Source of the DNA: Spizellomyces punctatus DAOM BR117
Taxonomy: Eukaryota
Length of the DNA: 64,000 nucleotides
Assembly (NCBI GenBank): GCA_000182565.2
Contig: KQ257468.1
Strand: one strand, 5' to 3'
Shown here in pieces: positions 11,854-25,182 of the stretch (position 1 is its first letter; every line of letters starts with the position of its first letter). A program made the translations under genes and the position numbers. A model generated the notes under the pieces. It had not been told where the DNA came from. It saw only the letters and a list, made by a program, of their open reading frames with translations, and searched no databases.

Positions 11854-12584
11854 TTTCCATTGTGAGTTTGGTATCCAAGTTCATGTTTGACATGTTTGAG
11901 CTGATTTGGTGAATGGATTTGCCATTGGGGAAGAGGTGAAATTGTCCTGGTGTGGTAGATGGTCCAAATATGAGGCTGGGAAGAGGATAGGTCCATCAGC
12001 TAGATGGTGCAGCCATCAGGAAAGAGATTTGAAGCAGGAAAATGTCAGTGATAGCTATCAGGGCTCATAACCTATTGAACTTAGTGCTTGGAACACTGAT
12101 TTCCCATGTAGAAATCACTTCTGAAGGGCCTAGAAATGCCTGTGGCCGGTAGTAAGGCTTCTGGGTGCAGTAACTTGTAGCATAACACACTTGTATTAAT
12201 CCAGAGATGTTCAAAAGCTGCCTGTATATAACCCAGTACATTCTCCAGCCTCCCTCCGCCTTTGTTTACTGTTTACATGCTTCAGCCCACTTGTTTACAT
12301 GCTCAGCCATGCTCAGCAATGCTCAGCAGCTTCCGCCATGCCTTGGCAAACATTACCTGAAGATCTAGATCATCACAAACCTTCCAGACCTTCTAAGAGT
12401 GCTTACATGATGATTTACCCCTTTAAATCATTCCCACATGTGTCTGTGATCATTCTGATTACTCTAAGTCCATTTTCCCACGTTGTAACTTAGCCAAATC
12501 AGATGTGAATTGTCTGATGACATTTCAGCATGATCTCACATGATTTATAGATCACACAGCATGGTTTAAGCCTGAATCTCAACA
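11854..12584 (-). mobile_element. Copia element 4 remnant: LTR (12073-12584), PBS, leader and gag start
   Basis: More diverged reverse-complement copy with a precise TGTTGAGA end at 12584. Confidence 0.9.
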
Positions 12585-13171
12585 TCAACCACTGGCTTCT
12601 TTGTCAAGTTTGGTGGCAGTACAGTCAGCTGGCAAAGCAAGAAGCAATCCACAGTCACTCTATCATCAACAGAGTCAGAGTACATGGCTCTTTATCAAGC
12701 TACCAAGGAAGTTATCTGGTTCAGAATACTTCTAGGAGAGCTGGGACATCAGCAAAGCAGTCCAACAACATTATATGGTGGCAAGCAGGGTGCCATAGCA
12801 CTTGCCAACAACCCAACACATCATGCAAGGACCAAATATATTGATGTGTGGCACCACTTCATCAGGCAAGCAGTATGGCATTCCTAGGCCTCTCAGAAGT
12901 GATTTCTACATGGGAAATCAGTGTTCCAAATGTTAAGTTCAATAGGCAGAGGTCCAAACTCATTCCAGAGGCTCTGTTTGCATGTTTTCTTGCAAGAAAC
13001 ATGTATAATCTGCCACCTAGAGCTCCCTGGATTGCTTCTGGACTGTCTGAAGTCTTGATGCAGCATCCTTGTTGCCAAATTCCACTTTGGCACCATTCTC
13101 AGTGGCTCTTCTCACTGAAAACAAGTTCTTCTTGAGCTTGGGAACAAATGACACATCTTTGAGGATACAGA
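12585..13171. mobile_element. Older copia fragments: RNase H (+, 12585-~12875), LTR 3' end (+, ~12876-12945), protease region (-, ~12946-13171)
   Basis: Diverged matches to the corresponding parts of elements 1 and 2. Confidence 0.85.
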
Positions 13172-13699
13172 CCTATATTTAGCCACAGAGAATTTTCAAT
13201 GGATGAAATCTAGATTCATTTTTTTTTTGGATGGGCTACACTCACAGCAGGGATATTACGAGACCCTGGGCCACTTGCTTGAATACGTTTGCTACTATAA
13301 TCTGAACTCGGACATGCATGCTTGTGGACTCCTCGGTCGGCAAGACTACTTTTGACTTTCTGGCTGCCCGTGGTGAGACTCTCGTCAGATCAGTATGTCA
13401 ACCGTCGTGTGAAGATGTGGTTCAGGTCGGAATCTGTAAAGGTTGTTACTGCAGATGTCATCCATGATTTTTGGCTCAAGCTAGAAGGGAAGGGAGAGAG
13501 AGAGAGCCAGCGAACGGGAGGAAGCGAATAGTAGCTAGGAATGATGCACCCGCAAGAAAAACATGGTACTTTCCAATACAATTGAACAAAACAAAACTGA
13601 AAAAAGAGAAACAAAGCATTTTCATCATCTCCATCCCGACCCTCCAACATCTGCAGGTCCACCCTCAACAGTATAATGCATCTTCCTATTGTCTTCATT

Positions 13700-16140
13700 T
13701 CATACTAGGACGCTGAGACGGTGAGCTGGTACCCCCGCCAGACATCACGGTCCGTGCGATCATTTCCCGGTTCTTTTTAATACCGCCCGCGCTGTCAGCA
13801 CGCAAAAAACGCAGATGTCAAAAGGGAAAGAACAGAAAGGGCATGTCAACAGGACACGAGATAACGTACAAAGCTTTAACCATCGTGCCAAATGTTGCCT
13901 GAATCCTTCTGACTTCGGAAATGTGACTGTCGATTTCAAGGATCCGACCTTGTTCCAAGGCTGCGAAATCTGTAAGAAAAAAACGGCAACATTAGAAAAT
14001 GGTTCCTACAGCATGGGTTGTGAACGTCATCATAAATACTCTGTTCCTTTTACTTACCCAATTTGGTCAACAACTGCATCGCATTGCCCAACCTGGACAA
14101 AGGCATCGTAACAGCCACGAAAAGTGCGGAAACAACAATGACGATTCCTACACCGAGACCGATGGAGAGTGCCATGGCGCGTTTGGCGGCCTTGTCGATT
14201 TTTCCGAAAATCTAGCGATGTCGAAAGAAAGATTTATTGATGAGGATGTATGTAGGGAAAGAGATGCAAGGAAGGAGTTTGACGGATACTTACATATTCC
14301 CGAGGAGTTGCAGAGATGAGTACCATAATATCGTCTGGATAATTGGTGAATTGAATTTTGGTGACCAAAATCATCTAAGAGTGAAATGCATTTCAGCGTT
14401 TTAGTTTTTGTTTTCAAATAATGGCTACGGACGGAAAAACTTACCCAATCCCTCTTCGCATCAATCTGGTCCATATAGGTTTCGATCCGCAGCGGGACAT
14501 TCGCAATGCTTGCATATTTATCCTTCACGAACGTAACCAACAGCGGAGAAAACGTCTCGTTGGAGAAATCGACAGCTCCTACACCTTTCCACGCACCCAC
14601 GCGAGAACTGCTGGCTACCAGGTTTAGCTTGTCGTCAAGTACCGCGATGACTGCGATGTACAGAGAAAGTGAGATGAGAAGAGCGTTTGGTTTTAAAAAA
14701 GGGAACAAATAGGTGGCGACTATATAGCTCATACCTGTCTCATCGGTGATTTTCTGTTGTTCCAAAATGGCACTCCACGTGGATGACAGTCCCAAAGTAG
14801 CCGCACATCCGTAATATGTACCGGTGTAGCTGCTGAGGTAAATCTTGGCCATACTGATCGCCATATACCCCGTCTTATCGGTTGTGACTTAGAGAAATGA
14901 AAAAAGAAACATCCATAAGTTTTGAGCCCAATTGGAGGGTAAGAAATGCCCTCCTTCTCGAACGTTGACTCACTAGACATAAAATTATCGGTGGGAACTG
15001 TCCCGTTGGGAGGTTTGAGGATATTTCTGATAACTTTACTCCAACTGACGTCGTAAGCAAAGGGTGCGGGGTCAGCTGTATTCAGTGGACCGATGATCTC
15101 GTATGCTAAATAGAATCGGTAGCGAAGAAATTGGTGAACAGTCCTGGTATTGGTAACAAAAGAACGGATGGGGACTCAACTGGTTTGATTCAAGGCATAC
15201 TGTTGTGCCTTGGGAGCCAACGTGTCGTCCGTCAACCCTATCACAACATCCTTGTATGGCGGGATAGGAGTTCGGGAGGGTAAAAGGAAGACCCAGGAGA
15301 TTGTAGTACTGTTGATGGGGTCCTCGGGTCTACCCCACACACAATTATTCGATTAGGAGCTGTGACAAAAAGTCCTTTTCGTGTGGTGTGCAGACAACGT
15401 TTGTTACTTACCCATAACCACTGAGCCATTTGGGCGAATAGCATGTCCAACTGTCTGTAATGTAAAACAAAGAGCATGTGCTTTAGCGTTTTGATTATGG
15501 GTTGTGTTTTTTGCAGAGTACTGCGGCTTACCTGTTCCTCCTGTTTTTTGTACGGTCGCCAAAAACTTTATCAATTCTTTTTGATTAACAAGGTTATTGT
15601 AAATATTGGCGCGATCTAAAATTTCCAACAAATTAATTCAACCCACGATTATTTTTCATTTGCAACCAGTTTATAGTTGGTTTGTAACTTACCCACGGTA
15701 ATTGGTTTTGCAATCTGATCCGCGGCTCCGACTATGTTCACCCCCCTCTTCAACGGCTCCAGACTACTTCTGATTCCCAATTCCGTACTCTTCATCATGG
15801 TGACCAAAAGATTGTCCGAAAGCTCTTTGGTGTTCGTGTTTCCTGTGGTAATGAGGGAGTAACACACCTATGTGCGTTGCGCGTGTAAAAAATATACACA
15901 CTCCACAAAACATATGGTAATGCGGCGCAAACGTACCGGAACGAGCAAAACAGCCAGCATCCCAATCAACAACGATGGAGCCAACAACAAAAGAGGCATA
16001 TGCAAACGACGTATGAATCCGAGAAAGCCGGAATTTGTGGCATGGGTTTGACGAGCTTCATTCGCCAAATCGCTGATTTTGTCCTTGCCTTCTTCCAGCT
16101 CGCTGGTTTCAGACACGCGACTTTCGCGGCGGCTTGACAT
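13700..16140 (-). CDS. Multi-exon two-TM membrane protein with a large extracellular domain and C-terminal HAMP-like segment
   Basis: Spliced by eye: N-terminal TM (LLLLAPSLLIGMLAVLLVP), long loop, second TM (GIVIVVSALFVAVTMPLSRLGNAMQLLT), then DFAALEQGRILEIDSHISEVRRIQATFGTMVKAFAGGIKKNREM...LV*. GT-AG introns restore the frame at the junctions I checked. Confidence 0.7.
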
Positions 16141-16735
16141 CTTTGCAAGGTGTTTTTCGGATTGGTGATGAGAACAATGATTCCAATCTCAACAGACGTT
16201 TGCGAAATGAGGTGAAGAGACTGCAGTGAAAAATCGGAGCCTTTGGAAACGAACATATCATGTAAGCACAATAGAATTCGTCGAGAACAATCATGGAACA
16301 CAGCTATTGGTTATTACATGTACCGACGCTAAAATGGGTGTAATTAGCTAATCCAAAAGCTTCGGTCATGCTCGGCACCAGGTTACTGGTATCTTGCATA
16401 ACTTTATTATTTAAGCATTGTTCTTTTGCGTTTGTTGATTTCATTGTAAAATTGATTTCATTGTTGAAAGTCAAAAACCCTATATTAAAATTGGGGTTGC
16501 CGAGGCTGACAGGTACACGTGGGCGTCATGTGCTTTCCAGGTCACGCCGAGTTATTCTACTGTATTATAAGATATCTCCGGCAAAACTGTACTCGACAGA
16601 TGGAAAGCGAGTCCAGCCAGCTGTGGCTTTGGCTTATGCCATGGCAGAATAGGATGACTGTGCGCGCACAAGAATCTCACACTTCCGTCGTCTCACTTCC
16701 ATTTCGACCATGCTCACCTCCATTACCCTCGTCCG

Positions 16736-18297
16736 ATGACCCTCCTGTCCCTGGTCACTTCCCTCCTCGCCATCTGGTCATTCATTTACTTTCTCCTCTC
16801 CTTTTGCGGTCGCTCCCAACGTCGCTCACGTCGTAGAACGTCCTTCCTGCCAACCTACTCGACACCGCCATCTCGAGTTCACAATTCAGAGTTCCACTAC
16901 CAATTCGGTTTCTTTCGATATACGACAACTGTCCTTAATCAGGCGGTATTTCGAATAGGCAGAGAATGGAATGGGTTATGGAAGTGGTGGTTCGGAAGGG
17001 AGATGATGGCTGGTACCTGATGGACGACTGCCTCTGTGGGAGTTTTGATATATTACGGTTACGACATACTCCGCAATATCATGATAGGCCAGATGGTAGG
17101 AAGTGACGAGGTGCAGGACTTTCGAAGCAAGGTGGATTGGATTTATTCCACCGGCGGTCTGGCGAATCATATGGGAAACACGCAAGGACTGGTCGCCCTT
17201 ATGCCTGGTGTAAATCTACCGTTGAGCGATATGGGATACTATGTTTCGGGTATCCTGGTTTGTGCGCTGGTGCATGAGGTGGGACATGCAATTGCCGACG
17301 TTGGCTGTGCCAATTCAGGAGACGGGGATATTTTTGTAGGTTTTCGTACCTGACGCGTTTCTAACTCTTCGCGAGGCGAGTTTGGGTTTGTTAAGGCCTG
17401 CTGAGAAGTTGAAGATCGTTTGTGCGGGAGTGTGGCACAATGTGGTGCTGGTCGGTATGGTGTTCTGTATGTTGTGGGGATTGTCGTGGGTGTTCCTGAG
17501 GTACCGGAGGAGCGAAGGGGTTGTTGTGTTGGATGTTCTGGACGAGTCGCCGTTGGCTGGGCACTTGGTCGTGGGCGAGACGGTGAGATGGGTCAACGCA
17601 AATTAATCAAAGGCAATCGAGAATGGGAGAATGTCATTTGGGACGAGGCTACGAAATTGGGGACGGCCAGCGGATGGTGCGTTGACGATAACAATTGGAA
17701 TTTGGCCCAATCTGAAGGAATCCTGGATTGCTGCGACGTAACGCCCACAAACCCTCTTCCGCGGTCTTCAATTACGACCCAATGCACCCGATACGGAAAC
17801 ATGATCATGTCTCCCCCTTTACACAATCCTTTAAACCTCTCCAATCTGCACCTCGGAAGCACTCTGCTCGACAAACACAACCTGTCTCGATCCTTACATA
17901 CCTCACCCACAAATCTGCATCCTCCAACTTCGCACTCTCTCAGACCGAAACATCACATAAATCGTCTCACCACTTGAACTGTACGAAGCACTCCTGCTTG
18001 GGTCGATCATACCCTCATACAGCATGCTTCCGCTTTCGCTCCCGTATATGATAGAAAGATTCCTGCCGTTCACACTATCGATCACGCTCGCGCTTGCAGT
18101 ACTCAATATGGTTCCTGCGTATGGGTTGGCTGGATATCATCTCATTGTGGCAATTGAGGAGTGGAGGCCAGCAACCTTAGCATCTCCCTAGTCTATCATC
18201 TTGATGAACTAGAGGTACGGCTTTCCGGTTGGCTTAGTTGTTATGTAGAATCGGTGTCGTTCCGTGGCGATGGCCAGGTCGACATCGTGGTTGGCTA
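16736..18297 (+). pseudogene. MBTPS2: Site-2 protease (MBTPS2/M50 family) pseudogene
   Basis: LMPGVNLP, HEVGH (17273-17287), CAGVWHN, PDZ-like segment, LNMVPAYGL[A]G. In-frame stops at 17018 and 17337, frameshifts near 17305 and 17600. Confidence 0.8.
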
Positions 18298-18779
18298 GCT
18301 AGCTGCTCATGGTTCCGGTGCTCGTACTGGCGTTGGTACCGATAATTTCCTCCTCTTTCTCCGTATTTGGCACTTTCTGTACAGTTTATCGCATAGCTGT
18401 GGGTCGTTGCCAATACCATATTTCAATGGGGATGGGTTTGTTCCGGAGGCATGTGAAGGTTTTTCAATAAATCCCCATGTTGTTTCCTCATCGAGGAGAC
18501 TGGTGATCAGTTGATGTGGCCCTGGGTTTCCCTTCTCCAATGCAGAGGTTGAGTGGATGCCGAGTGGAATGAGCGCTGTGAGATGTGTAAATTGGGCAAC
18601 TGTTGCTCCCAACATGTTATAAACAACAAGGATAGAATAATGTACTTTAGAGGGTGTTATTTGTAGTGTTTGTCACGTTATGACCCTATCTATGGTAGAG
18701 GATCTGCATGTTGTGGTAGCTTGCCTCAGACAGTCGTCTCGTAGATGGGAGGGTTACCTTCCAACGGCAGCTTCTGCTG

Positions 18780-21041
18780 CTACAGTCCATCCTTCAATAA
18801 CCTTAAAAATGATTCTCGGACTTCGACCCGCCTTTCCGTAAGGATTCGAAGTTGTCGAGTACCCTTTCCTTTCGCACAGACGCGGAGCAGTCTCCAACTG
18901 CGGGCCAAACGCGTGAAGGCTTCCCTCCTGATATCCTCTAGCCGCAGATACAGCACGCCAAGGCCCACCAAAGTCAGGTAGACCCAAATCGCAGATGCCC
19001 ATCCATTCACACCGAAGCGCTTCCGACAAAAATAATACCAGGCCGCATAGGTCGAAGGTACCACAGCATGAGCGGCAAAAATTTGTACTTGTGCTTTCGA
19101 CTCTTCAAAGGTTTCTCGACTAGACAGAAGGCCAACTACAAGCAAAGAAGGAAGGTGTACCATAAAAGCTGCAGAAACTGAAATTAATGTTTTGTGGATA
19201 ATGTAGAAAAGCGAAACGACGTCCACTCACATGGGAAGATTGCAACCATGGCAAGCGCAGACACGAATAAATGATACAAGCATTCGCACACTAGCGAGGG
19301 AACGTGCGGAGTTGCCATTGTTTCAACATCCTCATCCGTTACCTGTAGCATCTTGAGGTGTTCAGAATACGATTTCAACTTTGCGTGAGCGGTCGTCGCA
19401 ATCGGATCGCTGCCATCCAACAACTTTAAGATGCTGAAAGGTGGTTGAGTCTGAGTTGCACAACGGTCGACGTCGACGGATAGCAGCTGTCAGTGTCTTG
19501 ATTCTCATTAATGCTCACCTATTTATGACCTTCACATCTCGTGTCGCCGCTTCCCTTCCTAACACAATAGATCGTGCTTTAGAAGCTAGTTCAAGGGTAT
19601 GCCTATGGAATACAGATGTCAGGATTCGCTCGTCACAGATGTACCGAGAGCTGTAATTTACCAGCTTGGAGCATTGATTGTTACAGACTCCAGAGACGTT
19701 TGAAGTTTCGCTGTGAGTTTCTTGACAGCCGCACGGGGTTCTTCCTTGAATTCAGCCACAAATGACGCTACATCCACGGGTTGGCCGTACCTAAGGTATG
19801 GGATTAGCTTGCATTCCGACTCATAGAGTTCCGTCCACCAACCTCACGTGTACAAATGTCCGCCAGTGGTGCTTATTCGGCTCGTACGTTATGCCAACTG
19901 GCACCACCGGCGCAACGGCGGTCGTTTCGTTGATCGCGGCAGCAAACTGAAGAGCCGCCCAAGCTGCACCGTCTTTGAGCTCAGTCAAATGCGAAGTATG
20001 ATGGCTTGTTCCTACGACGAGAAAGTCGGCCGTTCATCACCATATCATGATTTGGAAGCTGTGGAGGAATGAGATCCAGAATACCTTCCGGAAAAATGGC
20101 AATGACTCCGCCCCTGGTAAAATCAATTGATTTTTAACGCAAATATGTGACTAGCGCTCGGGGTTTAGGGGCATACTTCAGCAGTGTCTCAATTGTAGCT
20201 TCGAACAAGTCTTCATTAGACTCTTTTTTCCCGGACCGGGAGTTGCGGTTAACCGGAAGGCATCCCATGGCCTGCATAAATCGCTTTACCCCGGGAGGTC
20301 CCATAAACAGTTCAGCTTTCGTCCAAAAGTGAACCTTTCAGTATGCGGGACAAGATTTATGCAGAATAAAAAGTTGTAAGATTCTACCAAGCGCTAAGAA
20401 ATCCGTGCGCAAAATAGGTACCTTTCGTGGACAGCTCTGAATGAGTGCACCGATATCTGTGCAAGTCGATAAAGTCAATTCTTAGACCAAACAGTAGGTC
20501 GACATTGGGCGAAAAACGCACCAACAGCCATATTCCAGTGATTACTACAGCAGTACGTTACGCGCAAGTCGATATTGGAACAGAAGGACTTCCTGGTTAA
20601 CACATGTACATCTTCAAGGTATCGGCTTCACTTACGCCGCACTGTAACACACGGAACCAAGGGTCAATAGACGCTGAGACGGCCGGTTTGTAACTAGAAG
20701 ATGACTAGAATTGGCCCGTGGCATAATACTCACACAATACAGCCTCGGTCAGTAGGAAGGTTCTCGAGGCCCGTGACGAAGGTCTCACGATAATAGGTGG
20801 ACATTGCAAAGTCTACCCATTTCGATATAACCCAATATACCCAATTTGCCTTGTGTTTCCCAGCCAGAAGTGTGCGGTCTCCAAGTTCACGCTTCTGTAC
20901 TGGAGTTTCCATTGCAGACATTTGGCAGTGGAAACCTGAGGATCTCTCCAAGCGCGACAGTGACGTTCGCATCCAGCGTGTGATCATCCGGAGGGGGCCG
21001 TAATCAATTTTGGGGGGTCGGCTTACTCTATTTGTGTTCAT
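18780..21041 (-). CDS. Glycerol-3-phosphate O-acyltransferase (Gpt2/Sct1-like), multi-exon
   Basis: Spliced motifs GLENLP, NHWNMAVD (HX5D), GCLPVNR and IFPEGTSH...ELKDGAAW, followed by C-terminal TM helices. Confidence 0.8.
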
Positions 21042-22178
21042 GTGGCTTTGCACCCATATTCCAGTCTTTCTTCACGAGTTGAACGATAAACTTACGCAAA
21101 GGCCCAATATCGAACGGCCCAAAGCCAAACATATCAGCATCTGAAGGCAGTCAATGGAATGTTGGAGATCATAGAAGTATCCGTCAGCTATGGTTTTCGT
21201 TTAACATGGCTGTAAACTGCTTTGTGCGGCGGCTGTCACACTCTGAGCTTGGCAAAGCACAAGTACTTTCTACCTCCGGTGTTATCGCGACAAAAGCGTG
21301 CCTTTTGGCAAGTCAAGTGCAAATGTTCGTAAAATGACCCCTCTACACATTGGTTTTTTATCACCACAGATACCTTCACGGTGCGACGTGACTTTTACAG
21401 TGGCCAACGTAATGAAGAGTCCCTTCATCATTAATCGGTTGATTTTCCAACAGGAAATGGCTAAGAGCCCAGCGCCGCCTCATGCCTCACTGATGGAGAT
21501 GTTTGGGCTTTGTCGGCTTCCTACCGGCAGCAGCAAATCATGCAAACCCCATCTCTTATGTGAAGCGAACTGTTGACGTTCCTACAACATTAGACCTAAA
21601 GCAATCCCTGTATCAAAAAAGTCAGTCATTGAGAGAACTGCCATGGTCTGCACTATCTTTGGGAAGTGAAATGTGCCGTCCAGCCTGGTCTGATGTCAAG
21701 TTCAACAAAAGCAACTGTCGGGGTCATTTCCAGCGTGCATTTCCTTTTGTGACATTGTTGCTCCAACTTTCCCCAGACATCCGGGTAGACTGGTTGCATC
21801 CTTACTTTTAACAACCATCATCACTCACGTGATCAGCGCAGGCATTGCCATTTGGCGTCACGTGTTACGGTCATTGACTCAGCTCTTGACGAGAACCAGG
21901 TGGATCTGTAAACTTGGTCGCCATCGCCGTCATAAGTCCAGAACTCTTGTAAGGAATACCCCAACGACTGTTGGCGTGCAACATCTACAAGGCTTTACGA
22001 CGATTTGGGGACTGATAGTGCGTGATAGACGGTGAGTCGCCAACACCATCTTCACTGCCAGGGGGGAGGGAACTTGCTCAGGTCACATGGCGATATTCTT
22101 AACGTTTCCATTGGTATGCTCCTGAAACGAAGATAAAAGCAGGGCGTCCCATATTTAAATCGACGAGCCTATCCCGAA

Positions 22179-22832
22179 ATGCTCGTCTTAATCATCGGGG
22201 ACTTCCACATCCCGCACCGAGCCATTGACTTGCCGTCCAAGTTCAAAAGATTACTCGTTCCCGGAAAAATTCAACAGATTATCTGCACAGGGAACCTGAC
22301 CTCTCGAGAAACACTCGACTACCTTAGAACTGTCGCATCGGATATCCTCCTCGTTAAAGGAGACATGGACGAATCTCTAACACCAACTGCACCGCTGTCC
22401 CGAGTTGTGACGCATGGACCTTTGCGTATTGGGGTAGTACACGGCCATCAGGTGATTCCATGGGGCGATGCACGCACGTTGGGAATTATGGCTCGGGAGA
22501 TGGATGTGGATATTCTGGTCAGTGGCCACACGCACCGATTTGAGGCATTTGAACATGAAGGGAGGTTTTTCGTCAATCCCGGCAGCGCGACGGGCGCATT
22601 TGAATGCGTCACGACGGGGCCAACACTTGCTGCTGCGGCGACGACCGGTGAGGGCGGCGCTGTAGGGGGGTCAATCAGTAATACCACGGCTGCTACCGGG
22701 GGGACAGAAACCACGGCCAGCTTCGTGCTGATGGATATACAAGGCGCTGCAGTCGTTATGTATGTTTACCAGCTTATCAATGGGGAGGTGCGGGTGGAGA
22801 AACTGGATTATACAAAAAGACTGTATGATTAA
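22179..22832 (+). CDS. VPS29: Retromer subunit VPS29
   Basis: [15 protein letters not shown]...LLVPGKIQ...CTGNL...VKGDMD...[10 protein letters not shown]...SGHTH...NPGSATGA; single-exon ORF. Confidence 0.97.
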   Translation: MLVLIIGDFHIPHRAIDLPSKFKRLLVPGKIQQIICTGNLTSRETLDYLRTVASDILLVKGDMDESLTPTAPLSRVVTHGPLRIGVVHGHQVIPWGDARTLGIMAREMDVDILVSGHTHRFEAFEHEGRFFVNPGSATGAFECVTTGPTLAAAATTGEGGAVGGSISNTTAATGGTETTASFVLMDIQGAAVVMYVYQLINGEVRVEKLDYTKRLYD

Positions 22833-25182
22833 GACTACCATTGTTGTGATTTCTGATCCTGTGCATCTCCCATGCTCAGGCCATGCTTTTACACGTGTCT
22901 CGCAAAAGATATTTGTCAACAACCAGTCCGCCGTGGCTAGATCTCCTCGATCTAGATATTCAAACAACTATATCGTTTGTTGCTTGACTCGTAGTCAACC
23001 TGTGTTTGTAAGCTTCGTATAGGAACATACTGAGAACCCATCATCTAACGCACCGTACCAGTTCCTCTTGTCGCGCCCTTCGCAGAACCCTTCCCAGCGC
23101 CAAGGTATTGGTGGAGGTCGTGCATTTCCCTAAGGTCTGAATATCGGCAATTATCCCGTACGCCTGATGCTCACACGGTCTTTCGTCCGCCCGCCCATAA
23201 TAGCATGTTTAAATTCCGCAATACGATATCTTGCAATATCTTCAGCCGGTAAAGAAATACCTTGCAGTACCACAACTAAGATGCCATGCATGGAATGGCT
23301 AGGCCATGCTGTACGAGCCGAAAGAGCCAGTATATTCACTTTCATATTCCAACCGGCGTAAATCGAAGCGGATCTTTGGCACCAGATAGGGCTATTTGCC
23401 TCAAGTCCTCATCAATTCGCATGAATAAGTCACTGCGATGTCTTTACTCCGAGGTAGCTCTGAACCCAGCGCTAACCCGCCGACATCAGAGTAGTGCTCG
23501 AGTATCCGATTAAATTTTGATACGCAATCAGCCTGCTATCACTGTTTGGGAAGGAACAAGCAGTCCAGTTATTGGTCTCGCATCACATGGATTTATACCA
23601 ACGTTGACGAGTGTATGGTTGAAGGAGAACCAATAAGAAGTGCGACTAACCTGTGGAAGCCGGCTGATTTAGGTGGTGCTTACTACTGTTCCTGTCCCAG
23701 CAATGACTTCCTCAAAGTCCAGAGGTAGAGTCTCATGATCCGGAATATATGCCGTGCCTTCCACCCAGTGAACAAATGCAGTCATGTCCAGTGTGACCTA
23801 CTAATAAGTATAGGACAAATTTATTCATTCATGTAGCTTGACCCATAAGACTGCATCTCTCCATAACATTTGCGCTTGTCGATTTTGCTGATATTGCCAA
23901 TAGCAAAAATCCCCCACCACCGCCGCTCCTGTGGTTGTCACAGCCGTGCATACGAAACTCCCCCAGCATTGCTTCCAACCTGATGCGACTCATAAGGTGG
24001 ACCTGACTCCTAATTCGCAGGCGAGCATCGTCCGGCAAGAAGCCACATAGGTGCGAATAGCCGCCGTGTCTCAATTTGGAATGATGACGCACAATGAAAG
24101 TTTTGAAAACTGTCCTTGTCGGATACCCATATTCCACTTCGGCATTTTGGCATTCTGAAAACCTTCCGGTTTATCAGAACCCAATCGTAGTGAGCCAATC
24201 CTTCATCAATATGAACGTAGTTCATATCCAAAATTGTGATGATGGTGCGATCCTCGAATCATATTCCTTGAGAATTATGATATACCGACGACAATCATGA
24301 AGGGTGTGTGACGACACAGGCCTTCCGAACTCTATTTTGCTAATCTCCAGCTTGGTGGACGCTTCCCTCACCCAAGGATTCAAACAAATGCATCCAAAGC
24401 ACTGTCGTCTCAAGAGGCGTCACAAGTTCAGTTGTTATCAACAGAACCAGGTAAGTTGAGGAACATTATAATGGACTTGTACCGTCTTTTTAAAGCGCTC
24501 TTCTATTCATTTGTAGGTTAGCAGACGTCAGGTTCAATGACAACACGAAACTATTGGAATCTTGGTGGAAATATCGACATCGTTGACAGAGTTCAGTATT
24601 TACCGCCTTGTCTATCTACCCAATTCGAGGCTGCTCTTTTCCTTAAATGGTCTGCTCTGCCATTGTTGAAGACGATCAGCCAATTGGTAACAGGATTAGT
24701 GACCCTAACGGGGTTCATCCTATAGCTATCAAATGGGGCCATTCGTCAGTTCGCGGCTCGGACGGTCCCAGGTGGACGGTCAGTACAGTAACCCATAAGG
24801 TTCCGGCTTGTTATGTTCGAAACTGTCGATATCATATGTCCGATAGTCGAAGGAGCATTACTGCTATTTCTCTCCGGATTGTATTCGATAAGTCTGAAAA
24901 GCTTTCATATTCGGAAGCGTCCTGCTTCGGGAAACAAAACAATTGGGTTTTGTCCTTATGACACAATTCAGCCAAAATCAGCTCATCTTACGGTTGCCAT
25001 CATGCACCACTCTGAGCATCTCGAGGGCTGCCTCCTGTGACAGTGGGGAGTGGATAAGACGGCAACGATCAGCATCCATGTTCCGCAACTCTGACTTCAC
25101 TGGGTTAGGTTGGCAAGAGGTGCTGGATGATAATGTGCACAAAAGTAAAGCTCCGCAGCATGTTGAAACTTCTGATTTCACA

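Noticed and set aside
13250-13531. Possible 3' gene remnant at the TE island border
   Set aside because: Short frames with no recognisable motif or start; cannot be supported.
18307-18615. 102-aa minus-strand ORF
   Set aside because: No motif; lies between the converging 3' ends of the S2P pseudogene and GPAT.
19990-20090. Apparent frameshift in GPAT after FPEG
   Set aside because: A GT-AG intron restores FPEGTSH...LKDG, so the gene looks intact.
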